In this document: one piece after another, positions 39,430-49,500 of the stretch
Layout: each line of letters starts with the position of its first letter
How positions within the stretch are numbered: the first letter of the stretch is position 1
Source of the DNA: a virus
Reading direction: 5' to 3' (one strand)
IMG/VR virus record: IMGVR_UViG_3300025407_001359
Length of the DNA: 64,000 bases
Notes under the pieces: model-generated
Database searches by the model: none
What the model was told of the DNA's origin: nothing
The model's input: only the letters and a program-made list of their open reading frames with translations
Translations under genes and position numbers: made by a program

Positions 39430-40511
39430 TAGTTTTCAGCGATAGTCAAATTATTGATCAGGATTGGTTACCACAGTTACAGTTGCCTTCGTACACCTTG
39501 TGTCACAGTTTTGACGAATATGCGGCCAGTGCAGATCCAGTAAAAATAGCATTTACTATGCAACGCCTACATTGCAACGAAGATATAAATTGTACAGCAT
39601 ATCAAGGATTTGAAGACAAAGTAAACAAACTCAGTGCTATCAGCCAATTGGTGTTTAGTTTTGAAAGTGAATTGCATCATTACCATTGGGATATGTGGGA
39701 CCAATGTCATCACAACAATGTGTATTGGGTTGTGCCCGGGCAAGTCAACGATGCTCCTGACATGAATGGCCATATTGTTTTTTGGGGAGACTGGTTCAAA
39801 ACAACCACGTTGTTGTATAAAAAGTTACCGGCACAGTTGAATCAAATTTCTTATACGTTACCCAAACCCAAATACTTTGATGCATTACTGGGCAGTCCCA
39901 AACCACACAGAACTTTTGTTGCCGACTCGGTCAAGTCTAACAAATTAGAAGATAAATTTATTATAACCTATGGTGGCAAATGGGACGACAACAGTTTCTA
40001 TGCCCGCGATTATTTTATTTGGGAACCTGGTGTTGAAGTGGTCGGCAAGCAAGAGCCAGGTACAGCTGGTCCTGTGCGCTACTACGGTGTACACACTGGA
40101 CTGAGTAGAGTGATTCCAATCTCTGTGTTTAACGACACAGCCTACAGCGTTATTGCCGAAACGGACCACGACAATACCCTAAGCTTCTACAGCGAAAAAA
40201 CAGCCAAACCCATGATTGCTAGAAGATTATTTGTGGCCTTTACCGGATATAAATTTTTGGCCAATCTGCACAGTTTGGGATTTCGAACCTTTGATTCGGT
40301 CATTGACGAAAGTTACGATTTGATCAAGAACGACACAGAACGTTACACACAGGCATTTGAGCAGGTCAAGCGATTGTGTGCAATGGACCAAACTGAAGTG
40401 TACAACCGCATACAAGATGTGTTGGAACACAATTTCAATTTGATTATGAAAACTGATTGGACTGTGTATGCTGCCAATCAAATTACCAAATTGATCAACA
40501 ATGCAACTTAA
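39426..40511 (+). CDS. Hypothetical protein, weakly glycosyltransferase (GT10)-like
   Basis: YSEKTAKP...LGFRTFDSVIDESYD. Confidence 0.45.
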   Translation: MIVFSDSQIIDQDWLPQLQLPSYTLCHSFDEYAASADPVKIAFTMQRLHCNEDINCTAYQGFEDKVNKLSAISQLVFSFESELHHYHWDMWDQCHHNNVYWVVPGQVNDAPDMNGHIVFWGDWFKTTTLLYKKLPAQLNQISYTLPKPKYFDALLGSPKPHRTFVADSVKSNKLEDKFIITYGGKWDDNSFYARDYFIWEPGVEVVGKQEPGTAGPVRYYGVHTGLSRVIPISVFNDTAYSVIAETDHDNTLSFYSEKTAKPMIARRLFVAFTGYKFLANLHSLGFRTFDSVIDESYDLIKNDTERYTQAFEQVKRLCAMDQTEVYNRIQDVLEHNFNLIMKTDWTVYAANQITKLINNAT

Positions 40512-41106
40512 TATAAATCCGGTACATCGTAATCTATTCAAAGATCCACTGACCTGGGACGTGCATTTGGATACCGGTAACACACAAGAGCAAGTACACA
40601 GTGAATTGGTTGCGCTTGATTGGAATTTGGCACAGCAGTCGGTTCAGCCTAACCGATTAGAAATGGGACCGGAGCCAACCAGCCCGTGTTTAAAAACAAT
40701 ATTGAATTATCTCCGAAGCCCTGAGGTTAAAAATCAAGTGATTGATCAATTGTACGAAGGGGAAATCTATTCTTACTGGAGCATTGATCCCGACGATATG
40801 AAACGTATCACTGTGTCGGGCGGTATGTTTGTACTGGATCGTCCGGGCTTTATATGTCGTAGACACGTGGATTCAAGAAGTCTAATTAGCACCGGAATGA
40901 TAATGTTTGGCGCCGAAGACAATCCTGACCAACGTACATTTTTCTACAGAGACAACACAACCAAAGAACGTTACTGGGAATCCAGCAGCAAGTTTGAGCG
41001 CGGTTGGATCAATGCCAACTTACACAACACCTGGCACGAAGGTTACAACAACAGCACACAGGATAGATATTCTTACCTGTTTCATATCAGTCTAAAGATT
41101 TTCTAA
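40501..41106 (+). CDS. Putative 2OG-Fe(II) dioxygenase-fold protein
   Basis: RRHVDSR...WHEG...R. Confidence 0.55.
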   Translation: MQLNINPVHRNLFKDPLTWDVHLDTGNTQEQVHSELVALDWNLAQQSVQPNRLEMGPEPTSPCLKTILNYLRSPEVKNQVIDQLYEGEIYSYWSIDPDDMKRITVSGGMFVLDRPGFICRRHVDSRSLISTGMIMFGAEDNPDQRTFFYRDNTTKERYWESSSKFERGWINANLHNTWHEGYNNSTQDRYSYLFHISLKIF

Positions 41107-41836
41107 CCAATTCAGCCCAGGCCTTTTGTGTTGCAACAGCCGGATGAAATTGATCTGCTTGTAAGTCTTTGTTGGTCACGGCCATTTCGTAAATGCCATC
41201 TCGTTGATCATTGGTAAAAATCCACCGACTCCAGTCCATATCTTGCAACAACTGAACTATGTCGGGAAATTGCCCTATACCAAAGTCACCGTTGCGACTG
41301 AGATTGTTTTCGGTTCCCCAATAGTTTATGTAACTCATAAATTTATATTTGATATGTCGGCTTTCAAGAAATCCACGCAGTTTGATCATTTCCATTACGT
41401 TGATGGTGGCCAAACTCAACGGAGTGCTGACTTTGTACATTTCTCTAAACATGGTTTCGGCCACTTGATTTTTAAACCAAGTTCCCATCTCGCCACCTGA
41501 AAATATATAGCCCAATTGATTACCGGGTAACCTGCGATAAAATCCGTAACTGTCAAACAACTTTTCCCAGGCCGGGTCCTCCAACCCAGTTAAATAATCT
41601 AGTCTACTGACACCAGACCACATGACAGCTACACAATCATATTGTATACGTGGATTTGTCAATATGTGTCGTATTACACCGTCGCAAATGTATTGATTGC
41701 CGGCACCAGCTTCGCCAAGATTGTTTATGGTCCACGTGGGTTCCAGTTCTGCCAACTGTCTTGGCCAACATAAATTTGGACCACCTGGATATTCGGGGCA
41801 TTGTGTAAAACTGCACCCGCTTGTTAGAATTTTCAT
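41087..41836 (-). CDS. SGNH-hydrolase-like protein (paralogue 2)
   Basis: SGCSFT, GAGN, QADQFHP. Confidence 0.6.
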   Translation of the reverse strand: MKILTSGCSFTQCPEYPGGPNLCWPRQLAELEPTWTINNLGEAGAGNQYICDGVIRHILTNPRIQYDCVAVMWSGVSRLDYLTGLEDPAWEKLFDSYGFYRRLPGNQLGYIFSGGEMGTWFKNQVAETMFREMYKVSTPLSLATINVMEMIKLRGFLESRHIKYKFMSYINYWGTENNLSRNGDFGIGQFPDIVQLLQDMDWSRWIFTNDQRDGIYEMAVTNKDLQADQFHPAVATQKAWAELVRKSLD

Positions 41837-41883
41837 TAAAATATTTATTGCTTATTAAAACGGAAGATGTTATAATTAACCTT

Positions 41884-42594
41884 ATGCTTAAACCAAAATT
41901 TGACTATACACCTTGTGACAGAGAAACAATCAACGGCAAACGACATTATTGTTTACCAGACGGCAGCAAAGTTCCCAGCGTTACAACAATCCTGGACCGG
42001 ACCAAAAGTGCAGAATCCAAAGCCGCACTGGCTAATTGGAAAAAAAGTGTCGGGGAAGCTAGAGCACAGCAGATCACCACCGAAGCTGCCAATCGTGGAA
42101 CACGTATGCACAGCTACTTGGAGCACTATGTTAAAACTGGTGAAATGAAAGAGTTTCCAACTAACCCGTTTGCACAGCCTTCGTGGTTCATGGCTGCACA
42201 GGTTATCTTGGAAGGATTTGTCAAAGTCAATGAAGTATGGGGAGTTGAAGTACCGGTTTATTATAGTGGGTTATATGCTGGCACCACAGATTCGGTGGGA
42301 GTACACGACAACAAGCCGGCTATAATGGACTACAAACAAACCAACAAATTAAAAAAACGCGAATATATCACCGACTATTTTGTACAGTTGGCGGCCTATG
42401 CACAGGCACACAACAATATGCACGGAACCGACATCAAAAAAGGCGTAATCCTTATGTGTCAACAGCCTAAACAGCTGGAAGATGGCTCTTACGACACTCC
42501 TGTTTACCAAGAGTTTGTGTTGGAAGGCGCCGAATTTGATCATTATTGTGACGAGTGGAACAAACGTGTAGAGCTGTACTACCTTACTGCATAA
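41884..42594 (+). CDS. PD-(D/E)XK exonuclease (RecB/Cas4-like fold)
   Basis: PSVTTIL, RGTRMH, YAGTTD...MDYKQT, QLAAYA. Confidence 0.85.
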   Translation: MLKPKFDYTPCDRETINGKRHYCLPDGSKVPSVTTILDRTKSAESKAALANWKKSVGEARAQQITTEAANRGTRMHSYLEHYVKTGEMKEFPTNPFAQPSWFMAAQVILEGFVKVNEVWGVEVPVYYSGLYAGTTDSVGVHDNKPAIMDYKQTNKLKKREYITDYFVQLAAYAQAHNNMHGTDIKKGVILMCQQPKQLEDGSYDTPVYQEFVLEGAEFDHYCDEWNKRVELYYLTA

Positions 42595-42624
42595 ATACAT
42601 TATTATCATTAAGGTTACAGTAAT

Positions 42625-43962
42625 ATGGCTATTGTTCAAATCAGTAGAATTCAACATCGCAGAGGTCTACAGCAAGATCTTCCACAATTGGCTAGCGCAG
42701 AGCTAGGTTGGAGCATTGACACCCGTCGTTTATATATCGGTAACGGCACTTTGTCGGAAGGAGCTTCAGTTGAAGGCGTTACTGAGATTTTGACCAGCCA
42801 AAGTAATTTCTTAGAATTTGTCAACACCTATACGTTCAAAGGTACTGATGCCGGTTACACCAGTCTTACTGGGCCAACACAACTCAGTCCAGTACTGAGA
42901 AGTTTACAAGCCAAGCTGGATGAAACAGTCAGTGTACGAGATTTTGGTGCTACCGGCAACGGCATTACCGACGATACCAATGCTATTCAACGTGCAATAC
43001 AACAAATTTATGTTTCTGACCTAAACGTTCCGGTACCAACAGTACGTAGAACTATACGGATTCCAGCTGGCAAATATGTTGTTTCATCGCCTATCAAGGT
43101 TCCGCCCAACTGTACCATTGTTGGAGATGGAAAAAACAATACTATACTGTCTAGTATCAATGGCACAGTATTTGTCACAGCCGACAACAAATACAACACT
43201 GGTGCTGGTCTTGGCACTGGTGGTGCAGTACTGCCATCCAACATCAGCGTCAGTAGATTGACCATAACAAAAACTGCCAACACCGTTGATCCAGTTGCAA
43301 GCATTGACAGCGCCACAAATATATCTTTTGATGAAGTGGTCTTCAATGGTGATGCAACTGTTGAACACTTGGTGGAATTGGCCAGTTCTAAAAATCCTTG
43401 CAATGCAGTCACATTCAATCGCTGTGTGTTTACCGGCGCAGTCAATGGCATACGTGCTGTTGTTGCCACCAGTACCAATATCAATGTCAAAAATAGCACG
43501 TTCTCTGGTCAATCAGGAACGGCTGTGGTAACTGATGCTAACTTGTCCGGTTTTGTTAGTGTAGGCAACGAATTCAATTCCGTGGCTCCATTCACCAGAT
43601 TATACGGCAACAATTACAGCATCGGCGATCACGCCACAGCCGGAACTCCAGGTATCCATATGGGTAGCGCAGTTTATGGGCCTGGTGGAAATGTATCCTT
43701 GTCTGGTAATGCAGTGACAACTGTTACCACATTGACATCATCGGGAGTGGTTGATTATCAGTTAACCAACAATACCGACTATAGATTTGGTACTATCAAG
43801 TATACCATTGGCAACACTGGAACAATTTATTTTACAGATGAATACTCCGAATCTACCACAAACTTCTTGTCAGCCAATCTGTATGTTGCAACTGGTGGAA
43901 ACCTTACCTGTTTTGCCAGTGGCGCAGCTGTCATAAATTTTAATATTAAAAACTTTTCCTAA
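42625..43962 (+). CDS. Virion fibre/spike protein with pectate-lyase-3-like beta-helix
   Basis: MAIVQISRIQHRRG...AELGWSIDTRRLYIG N-terminal module; SVRDFGATGNGITDDTNAIQRAI. Confidence 0.75.
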   Translation: MAIVQISRIQHRRGLQQDLPQLASAELGWSIDTRRLYIGNGTLSEGASVEGVTEILTSQSNFLEFVNTYTFKGTDAGYTSLTGPTQLSPVLRSLQAKLDETVSVRDFGATGNGITDDTNAIQRAIQQIYVSDLNVPVPTVRRTIRIPAGKYVVSSPIKVPPNCTIVGDGKNNTILSSINGTVFVTADNKYNTGAGLGTGGAVLPSNISVSRLTITKTANTVDPVASIDSATNISFDEVVFNGDATVEHLVELASSKNPCNAVTFNRCVFTGAVNGIRAVVATSTNINVKNSTFSGQSGTAVVTDANLSGFVSVGNEFNSVAPFTRLYGNNYSIGDHATAGTPGIHMGSAVYGPGGNVSLSGNAVTTVTTLTSSGVVDYQLTNNTDYRFGTIKYTIGNTGTIYFTDEYSESTTNFLSANLYVATGGNLTCFASGAAVINFNIKNFS

Positions 43963-43965
43963 ACA

Positions 43966-44415
43966 ATGTTTCAACTAAAAGCCGAGGACCGGTTGAGGTC
44001 CTGGCGTGACTTTCGATCCACGTTAGATTCGTTAACATTAGACCAAGCACTGGCTCGTACTGCTGAGTACTGGGCCCGCGCACCATTTGTGCCTTATCAT
44101 TTGGATCCAGAATCCATTGATACCTGGCCCACACCCTGGGAATTGGTTGACGAAAATGTCTATTGTGACCTTGCAAAATGCCTGGGAATAGTTTATACTA
44201 TGCTATTAACCAAGCATAGAATGGAACTGGACATAGAAATTAGAGTGTACGAAAACCCACAAAATTTATATGAGTTTAATTTAGCTTGGTTCAATCAAGG
44301 AAAATATATCCTGAATATGATTGACGGAGATATAGTAAATATCAAACAAGTCGAACAAACGTTGCAGTTAAAAAAAACAATTACAGCAGTACAGTTAAAA
44401 CTAGAACAATATTAA
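43966..44415 (+). CDS. Hypothetical protein
   Basis: 149-aa ORF. Confidence 0.7.
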   Translation: MFQLKAEDRLRSWRDFRSTLDSLTLDQALARTAEYWARAPFVPYHLDPESIDTWPTPWELVDENVYCDLAKCLGIVYTMLLTKHRMELDIEIRVYENPQNLYEFNLAWFNQGKYILNMIDGDIVNIKQVEQTLQLKKTITAVQLKLEQY

Positions 44416-44424
44416 GAGAAATCA

Positions 44425-46722
44425 ATGACATCAATCAAAGTTACAAAGCGGGAAGGTCACACAGAAGACCTCGATTTAGAAAAATTACACAAAGTGGTAT
44501 TTTGGGCAACACAAGGCATTACAGGTGTCAGCGCCAGCGAAGTAGAAATTAAAAGTCACATACAATTTTACAACGGCATTCGAACAGCCGACATTCAAGA
44601 AACCTTGATCAAAAGTGCTGCAGATTTGATCTCAGAAGAAACTCCCAACTACCAATACGTAGCAGGTCGATTGATCAACTATCACCTGCGTAAACAAATT
44701 TATAACGATTATAATCCTTGCTCACTGCTGGAATTGGTCAAACGCAACGTGGAAAGTGGATTTTATGATCGTGGTCTATTGGAAGCCTATTCTGAACAAG
44801 AGTGGATCACTCTAGACACGTACCTAGATCACAAACGCGATGAGAATTTTACCTATGTGGCCATGGAACAATGGCGTGGCAAGTACTTGGTACAAAATCG
44901 CGTAACCGGTGAAATATTTGAAACACCGCAAATGGCCTATATGCTGATAGCGGCCACTCTATTTCAATCGTACCCTGCAGACACACGCTTACGTTGGGTA
45001 AAGGATTATTATGATGCAATCAGTCTTGGAGACATTAGTCTTCCCACTCCTGTTATGGCTGGTGTACGCACTCCACAGAAACAGTTCTCCAGTTGTGTAC
45101 TGATTGAAGCCGACGACAGCCTGGACAGTATCAATGCTACCAGCAGCAGCATTGTCAAGTATGTTAGTCAGAAAGCCGGTATTGGAATTGGTGCCGGACG
45201 TATCCGTGCATTAGGTAGCCCGATCAGATCCGGCGATGCTTATCATACTGGTGTTGTACCTTTTTACAAATTGTTCCAAAGTGCCACACGTAGTTGTAGT
45301 CAAGGTGGTGTGCGTAATGGTGCCGCCACCTTATACTATCCTATCTGGCATTTGGAAATTGAAGACCTTATTGTGCTAAAGAACAACAAAGGCACAGAAG
45401 ATAACCGTGTACGTCATATGGACTATGGTGTACAGTTTAACAAATTGATGTATGAACGATTAATTTCAGGCGGGGATATCACTTGCTTTAGTCCTCATGA
45501 TGTACCTGAAATGTATGATGCGTTTTTCAATAACCAAGAACGCTTCAAAGAGTTGTACGAACGAGCAGAACGTAACACCAAGTTACGCAAGAAGACCTTT
45601 AAGGCTGCTGATCTGTTTACACGTTTTATGCAGGAACGCAAAGATACTGGACGTATCTATTTGCAGAATGTAGATCACGCAAACACTCACAGTCCTTTTG
45701 ATGAAAATGTAGCACCCGTAAAGATGTCAAACCTTTGTTGTGAAATTGATTTACCAACAGTTCCACTAAAGGATGTCAACGACGAGGATGGTAGGATTGC
45801 ACTCTGTACCTTGAGCGCAATCAATTGGGGCAATGTAAAAAGCCCAAATGACTTCCAGAAACCGTGTGAACTGGCAGTACGTGGTTTAGATGCATTATTG
45901 AGTTATCAGAATTATCCTGTACGTGCGGCGGAACTTGCCACTGAAGAGTTCCGTCCACTAGGAGTTGGTATTATTAACTTTGCCTATTTCTTGGCCAAGA
46001 ACGATGTCAGTTATTCAGATCCTGCTGCATTGGCCTTGGTTGATGAGTATGCTGAAGCCTGGAGTTACTACCTATTAAAAGCTTCAGCTGATCTCGCCGT
46101 TGAACAAGGTGCCTGCGGTCGTTGGAAAGATTTAAAGTCGTCGGCAGGTATTCTTCCTATTGACACACGCAAACGCGAAATTGACGAATTGGTACCACAC
46201 CAAGAGCGTATGCCCTGGAACGAACTACGTACTCAAACACAAGCTACTGGTCAGCGTAATGCTACCCTAATGGCTCTAATGCCTGCAGAGACAAGTGCTC
46301 AAATTAGCAATGCAACAAACGGCATTGAGCCCCCACGTAGTTATGTGTCAGTTAAACAAAGCAAACACGGTGTACTGAAACAAGTGGTACCCGAGTTCCG
46401 CAAATTAAAAAACAAGTATGAATTGTTATGGGATCAACGTAGTCCCGAAGGTTATTTAAAACTGTGTGCAGTACTACAAAAATACATTGATCAAGGTATT
46501 AGTGTAAACACATCCTACAATCCACGCTTTTACGATGACGAAAAAATTCCAATGAGCGAAATGCTCAAAGACGTAATACAGTTTTACAAGTATGGCGGTA
46601 AACAGTTGTATTATTTCAATACCAATGATGGTCAAGGCGAAATTGACATTGATAAATTAAGTCAACAACAGGTAGAACAAACACCAACTGATGATGCAGA
46701 TTGCGATAGCTGTGTGATTTAA
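44425..46722 (+). CDS. nrdA: Class Ia ribonucleotide reductase alpha subunit with ATP cone
   Basis: VTKREG ATP cone, FSSCVLI, SNLCCEI, C-terminal CDSCVI. Confidence 0.97.
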   Translation: MTSIKVTKREGHTEDLDLEKLHKVVFWATQGITGVSASEVEIKSHIQFYNGIRTADIQETLIKSAADLISEETPNYQYVAGRLINYHLRKQIYNDYNPCSLLELVKRNVESGFYDRGLLEAYSEQEWITLDTYLDHKRDENFTYVAMEQWRGKYLVQNRVTGEIFETPQMAYMLIAATLFQSYPADTRLRWVKDYYDAISLGDISLPTPVMAGVRTPQKQFSSCVLIEADDSLDSINATSSSIVKYVSQKAGIGIGAGRIRALGSPIRSGDAYHTGVVPFYKLFQSATRSCSQGGVRNGAATLYYPIWHLEIEDLIVLKNNKGTEDNRVRHMDYGVQFNKLMYERLISGGDITCFSPHDVPEMYDAFFNNQERFKELYERAERNTKLRKKTFKAADLFTRFMQERKDTGRIYLQNVDHANTHSPFDENVAPVKMSNLCCEIDLPTVPLKDVNDEDGRIALCTLSAINWGNVKSPNDFQKPCELAVRGLDALLSYQNYPVRAAELATEEFRPLGVGIINFAYFLAKNDVSYSDPAALALVDEYAEAWSYYLLKASADLAVEQGACGRWKDLKSSAGILPIDTRKREIDELVPHQERMPWNELRTQTQATGQRNATLMALMPAETSAQISNATNGIEPPRSYVSVKQSKHGVLKQVVPEFRKLKNKYELLWDQRSPEGYLKLCAVLQKYIDQGISVNTSYNPRFYDDEKIPMSEMLKDVIQFYKYGGKQLYYFNTNDGQGEIDIDKLSQQQVEQTPTDDADCDSCVI

Positions 46723-46723
46723 T

Positions 46724-47533
46724 ATGAAACCTAGTGTATTAGTTGCTGTAGGATGTAGTTGGGTAGCCGGTGCCTTCATGGACTGTGACCCCGCTGCGAC
46801 TGACTTTGACTACAATCACACAGTTGATCCTGAGTTCCGCAACAAAAACAGCTTTGCTGGACTACTACAACAACAACTTGGTTTAGATACTGTGCATTTT
46901 ATTGCACAAAACGGCGCCAGCAACGACAACCAATTGCGAAAACTAATGTCTTTTGTTGACTCCAACAGAGACAAATACGATCGTATGTTTGTGTTATGGG
47001 GCTTATCAAGTATCTATCGTTGGGAAACTTACAGCAGTACATTGAGTTCAGTTGAAGACAATGCCTATGGTAGAATCAATCACAAACCTGGCATAGAAAA
47101 AGAACTCAAATATTATTTTGGCCATTTTTGGAATCAAGAACACGAGTTAGAAAAACTTGGCAACAAAATTTTGCTTTTAGATGGGTACTTGACATCGTTG
47201 AACATTGATCACTTGTTTGTAAACAGTTTTCAAGGGTATTCAGCAAAAGATTTAAAAATACACAATATCCAAGACAAAAATTTTTATTTACCAGCAGATT
47301 CAGAAAATGATCTGGTTAGTTTATTATGTCGCAAAAATCAGATATATATTAAACAGTCAAAAATGCCTTTTTTAAATCTGTTGCGACCAACTGCCAATCA
47401 AATTATCAGCAGTAACATTAGAGAGCTACAGCAATCAGGATGGTTAGATCGTGCCACAGCACATCCAACAGTAAAAGCACACCAGTTGATTGCTGATGAA
47501 TTATACAATTATATAAAGGAAAAACAACAATGA
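46724..47533 (+). CDS. SGNH-hydrolase-like protein (paralogue 3) inserted between nrdA and nrdB
   Basis: VGCSW, GASND, AHPTVKAH. Confidence 0.6.
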   Translation: MKPSVLVAVGCSWVAGAFMDCDPAATDFDYNHTVDPEFRNKNSFAGLLQQQLGLDTVHFIAQNGASNDNQLRKLMSFVDSNRDKYDRMFVLWGLSSIYRWETYSSTLSSVEDNAYGRINHKPGIEKELKYYFGHFWNQEHELEKLGNKILLLDGYLTSLNIDHLFVNSFQGYSAKDLKIHNIQDKNFYLPADSENDLVSLLCRKNQIYIKQSKMPFLNLLRPTANQIISSNIRELQQSGWLDRATAHPTVKAHQLIADELYNYIKEKQQ

Positions 47534-48657
47534 GCGTATTTAATATAAGAAAAACGGATCACACCAAATCATTGGCTTTCCTTGACACCAACGGCACACC
47601 GGCGGTACAGCGTTACGACGTATTGAAGTATCGTCAGTTTGACAAATTGACTGACAAGCAACTGGGGTTCTTTTGGCGTCCAGAAGAAATTGACGTTATG
47701 CGTGATGCCAAAGACTTCAAAGAACTAACCGACTTTGAACAACATATTTTTACCAGCAACCTGAAGCGTCAGATCCTGTTGGATAGTGTGCAAGGTCGCA
47801 GTCCAAATTTGGCCTTTCTTCCATTGGCCACTATTCCTGAATTGGAAACTTGGATTGAAACTTGGGCATTTAACGAAACTATTCACAGTCGTAGTTATAC
47901 ACACATTATCCGCAACGTGTATGCCAATCCCAGCGAAATCTTTGACGAGCTGTTGGAGCTGGACGAAATTGTGGCCTGTGCTCAAGACATCAGCAAATAC
48001 TATGATGATCTGATTGAATATGGCAATTGGTATCGTATGTTGGGTTTGGGCGAGCATACAGTCAATGGTAAAAAGATTGTTGTGGATATGTATCAACTTA
48101 AAAAGAAATTGTGGTTGGCATTAAACTCAGTCAACGCATTAGAAGGTATTCGTTTTTATGTTAGTTTTGCTTGCAGTTGGGCATTTGCGGAATTAAAAAA
48201 GATGGAAGGCAATGCCAAGATAATTAAACTTATAGCCCGGGACGAAAACGTACACTTGGGGTCCACGCAAACCCTGTTAAAATTATTGCCTACAGATGAC
48301 CCAGACTATGCATTGTTAAAAATTGAAACCAAGGCCGAGTGTGAGCAAATGTTTCTGGCAGCTGCTGCACAAGAAAAAAGCTGGGCCCGGTACCTGTTCA
48401 AAGATGGATCAATGATTGGTCTCAATGAAGTGTTGTTGAGCCAGTATGTGGATTGGTTGACCTGCAAACGTATGACAGCAGTGGGACTCGACTGTGGTAT
48501 GAAGCCAGGCTCAAGTAATCCGTTACCTTGGACAGCCAAATGGATTGCTGGTGCTGAAGTACAGGTAGCACCGCAAGAAACAGAAATTACCACCTATGTA
48601 ATTGGTGGTACAAAACAAGATGTCGACAAAGACACATTTAAAGGATTTAGTTTATAA
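47530..48657 (+). CDS. nrdB: Class Ia ribonucleotide reductase beta subunit
   Basis: FFWRPEE, ETIHSRSY, EGIRFY, DENVH. Confidence 0.97.
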   Translation: MSVFNIRKTDHTKSLAFLDTNGTPAVQRYDVLKYRQFDKLTDKQLGFFWRPEEIDVMRDAKDFKELTDFEQHIFTSNLKRQILLDSVQGRSPNLAFLPLATIPELETWIETWAFNETIHSRSYTHIIRNVYANPSEIFDELLELDEIVACAQDISKYYDDLIEYGNWYRMLGLGEHTVNGKKIVVDMYQLKKKLWLALNSVNALEGIRFYVSFACSWAFAELKKMEGNAKIIKLIARDENVHLGSTQTLLKLLPTDDPDYALLKIETKAECEQMFLAAAAQEKSWARYLFKDGSMIGLNEVLLSQYVDWLTCKRMTAVGLDCGMKPGSSNPLPWTAKWIAGAEVQVAPQETEITTYVIGGTKQDVDKDTFKGFSL

Positions 48658-48902
48658 TGATCACAGTATATTCAAAAAATCATTGCCCATTTTGCGATCA
48701 AGCAAAATCGTTGTTAAAATTAAAAGGCATTGCATTCGAAGAAATCAAAATTGATGAAACACCCGAAGCACGTGAGTTTGTTTTAAGTGAAGGTCATCGT
48801 ACAGTTCCACAAATCTACCAGGACGGCAAGTTGTTAGTAGAAGGCGGATTTCAAGGTCTTAAAAAGCAGTCAGAAGAGTTTTTCAATCAACTAAAAGGAT
48901 AG
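48657..48902 (+). CDS. Glutaredoxin
   Basis: CPFC, TVPQI, GGF. Confidence 0.93.
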   Translation: MITVYSKNHCPFCDQAKSLLKLKGIAFEEIKIDETPEAREFVLSEGHRTVPQIYQDGKLLVEGGFQGLKKQSEEFFNQLKG

Positions 48903-48905
48903 TAA

Positions 48906-49214
48906 ATGTTAATCAATAAAGGATATGAAGCAGGCGACATCGTTTGCTTCAAAATCGTCACTGGTGATGAAATCATTGCCAAACTTGTAAGTGAAGGATC
49001 AGCTGGATTTGTAGTCAGTCGTCCTTGTACTGTTATTCCAAGCCCACAAGGTCTAGGCCTGATGCAAAGCCTGATTTCTGCGGATATAAATACTAATGTA
49101 ACGCTGAAAAACGAGCATATTCTTATGCACGGTCCTGTAATCAAAGATATTGAAAATCACTATATCCGCACTACCACAGGTATTGAACCAGCGTCAAAAG
49201 GAATAATTACCTAA
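48906..49214 (+). CDS. Small Sm-like hypothetical protein
   Basis: FKIVTGDEIIAKL pattern common in T4-like phages. Confidence 0.6.
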   Translation: MLINKGYEAGDIVCFKIVTGDEIIAKLVSEGSAGFVVSRPCTVIPSPQGLGLMQSLISADINTNVTLKNEHILMHGPVIKDIENHYIRTTTGIEPASKGIIT

Positions 49215-49498
49215 TGCCAGCAGCCGCAAGAAAAGGTGACCCAGACACCAGCGATGGTGCAATTACCAGTGAGTGTGTTGATTCCGTGTTGATCAACGGC
49301 AAACCAGCGGCAGTGGTAGGCAGTATGGATAGAGATCACGCACCATATGGTCGACCACACAGACCCCACGTGCCCAATCCCATTGTGTCGGGCAGTAGCA
49401 CAGTTTTCTTTGGTGGTAAAGCAGCCGCACGTGTAGGCGACCCATTTCAATGCGGACACAAAGTTGCCAGCGGTAGTCCAGATGTTAACATTGGGTAA
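49214..49498 (+). CDS. PAAR-repeat baseplate spike tip
   Basis: PAAARKGD, PAAVVG, AAARVGD. Confidence 0.9.
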   Translation: MPAAARKGDPDTSDGAITSECVDSVLINGKPAAVVGSMDRDHAPYGRPHRPHVPNPIVSGSSTVFFGGKAAARVGDPFQCGHKVASGSPDVNIG

Positions 49499-49500
49499 CC

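Noticed and set aside
41884-42594. Cas4 or CRISPR association of the exonuclease
   Set aside because: No Fe-S cysteine cluster, no other cas genes, and no repeat-spacer array anywhere in the window.
44425-48657. Introns or inteins in nrdA, nrdB or the helicases
   Set aside because: Lengths match the uninterrupted proteins (765 and 375 aa) and no splicing motifs are visible.
49214-49498. Type VI secretion system
   Set aside because: A PAAR protein is the normal spike tip of myovirus baseplates, and no other T6SS genes are present.
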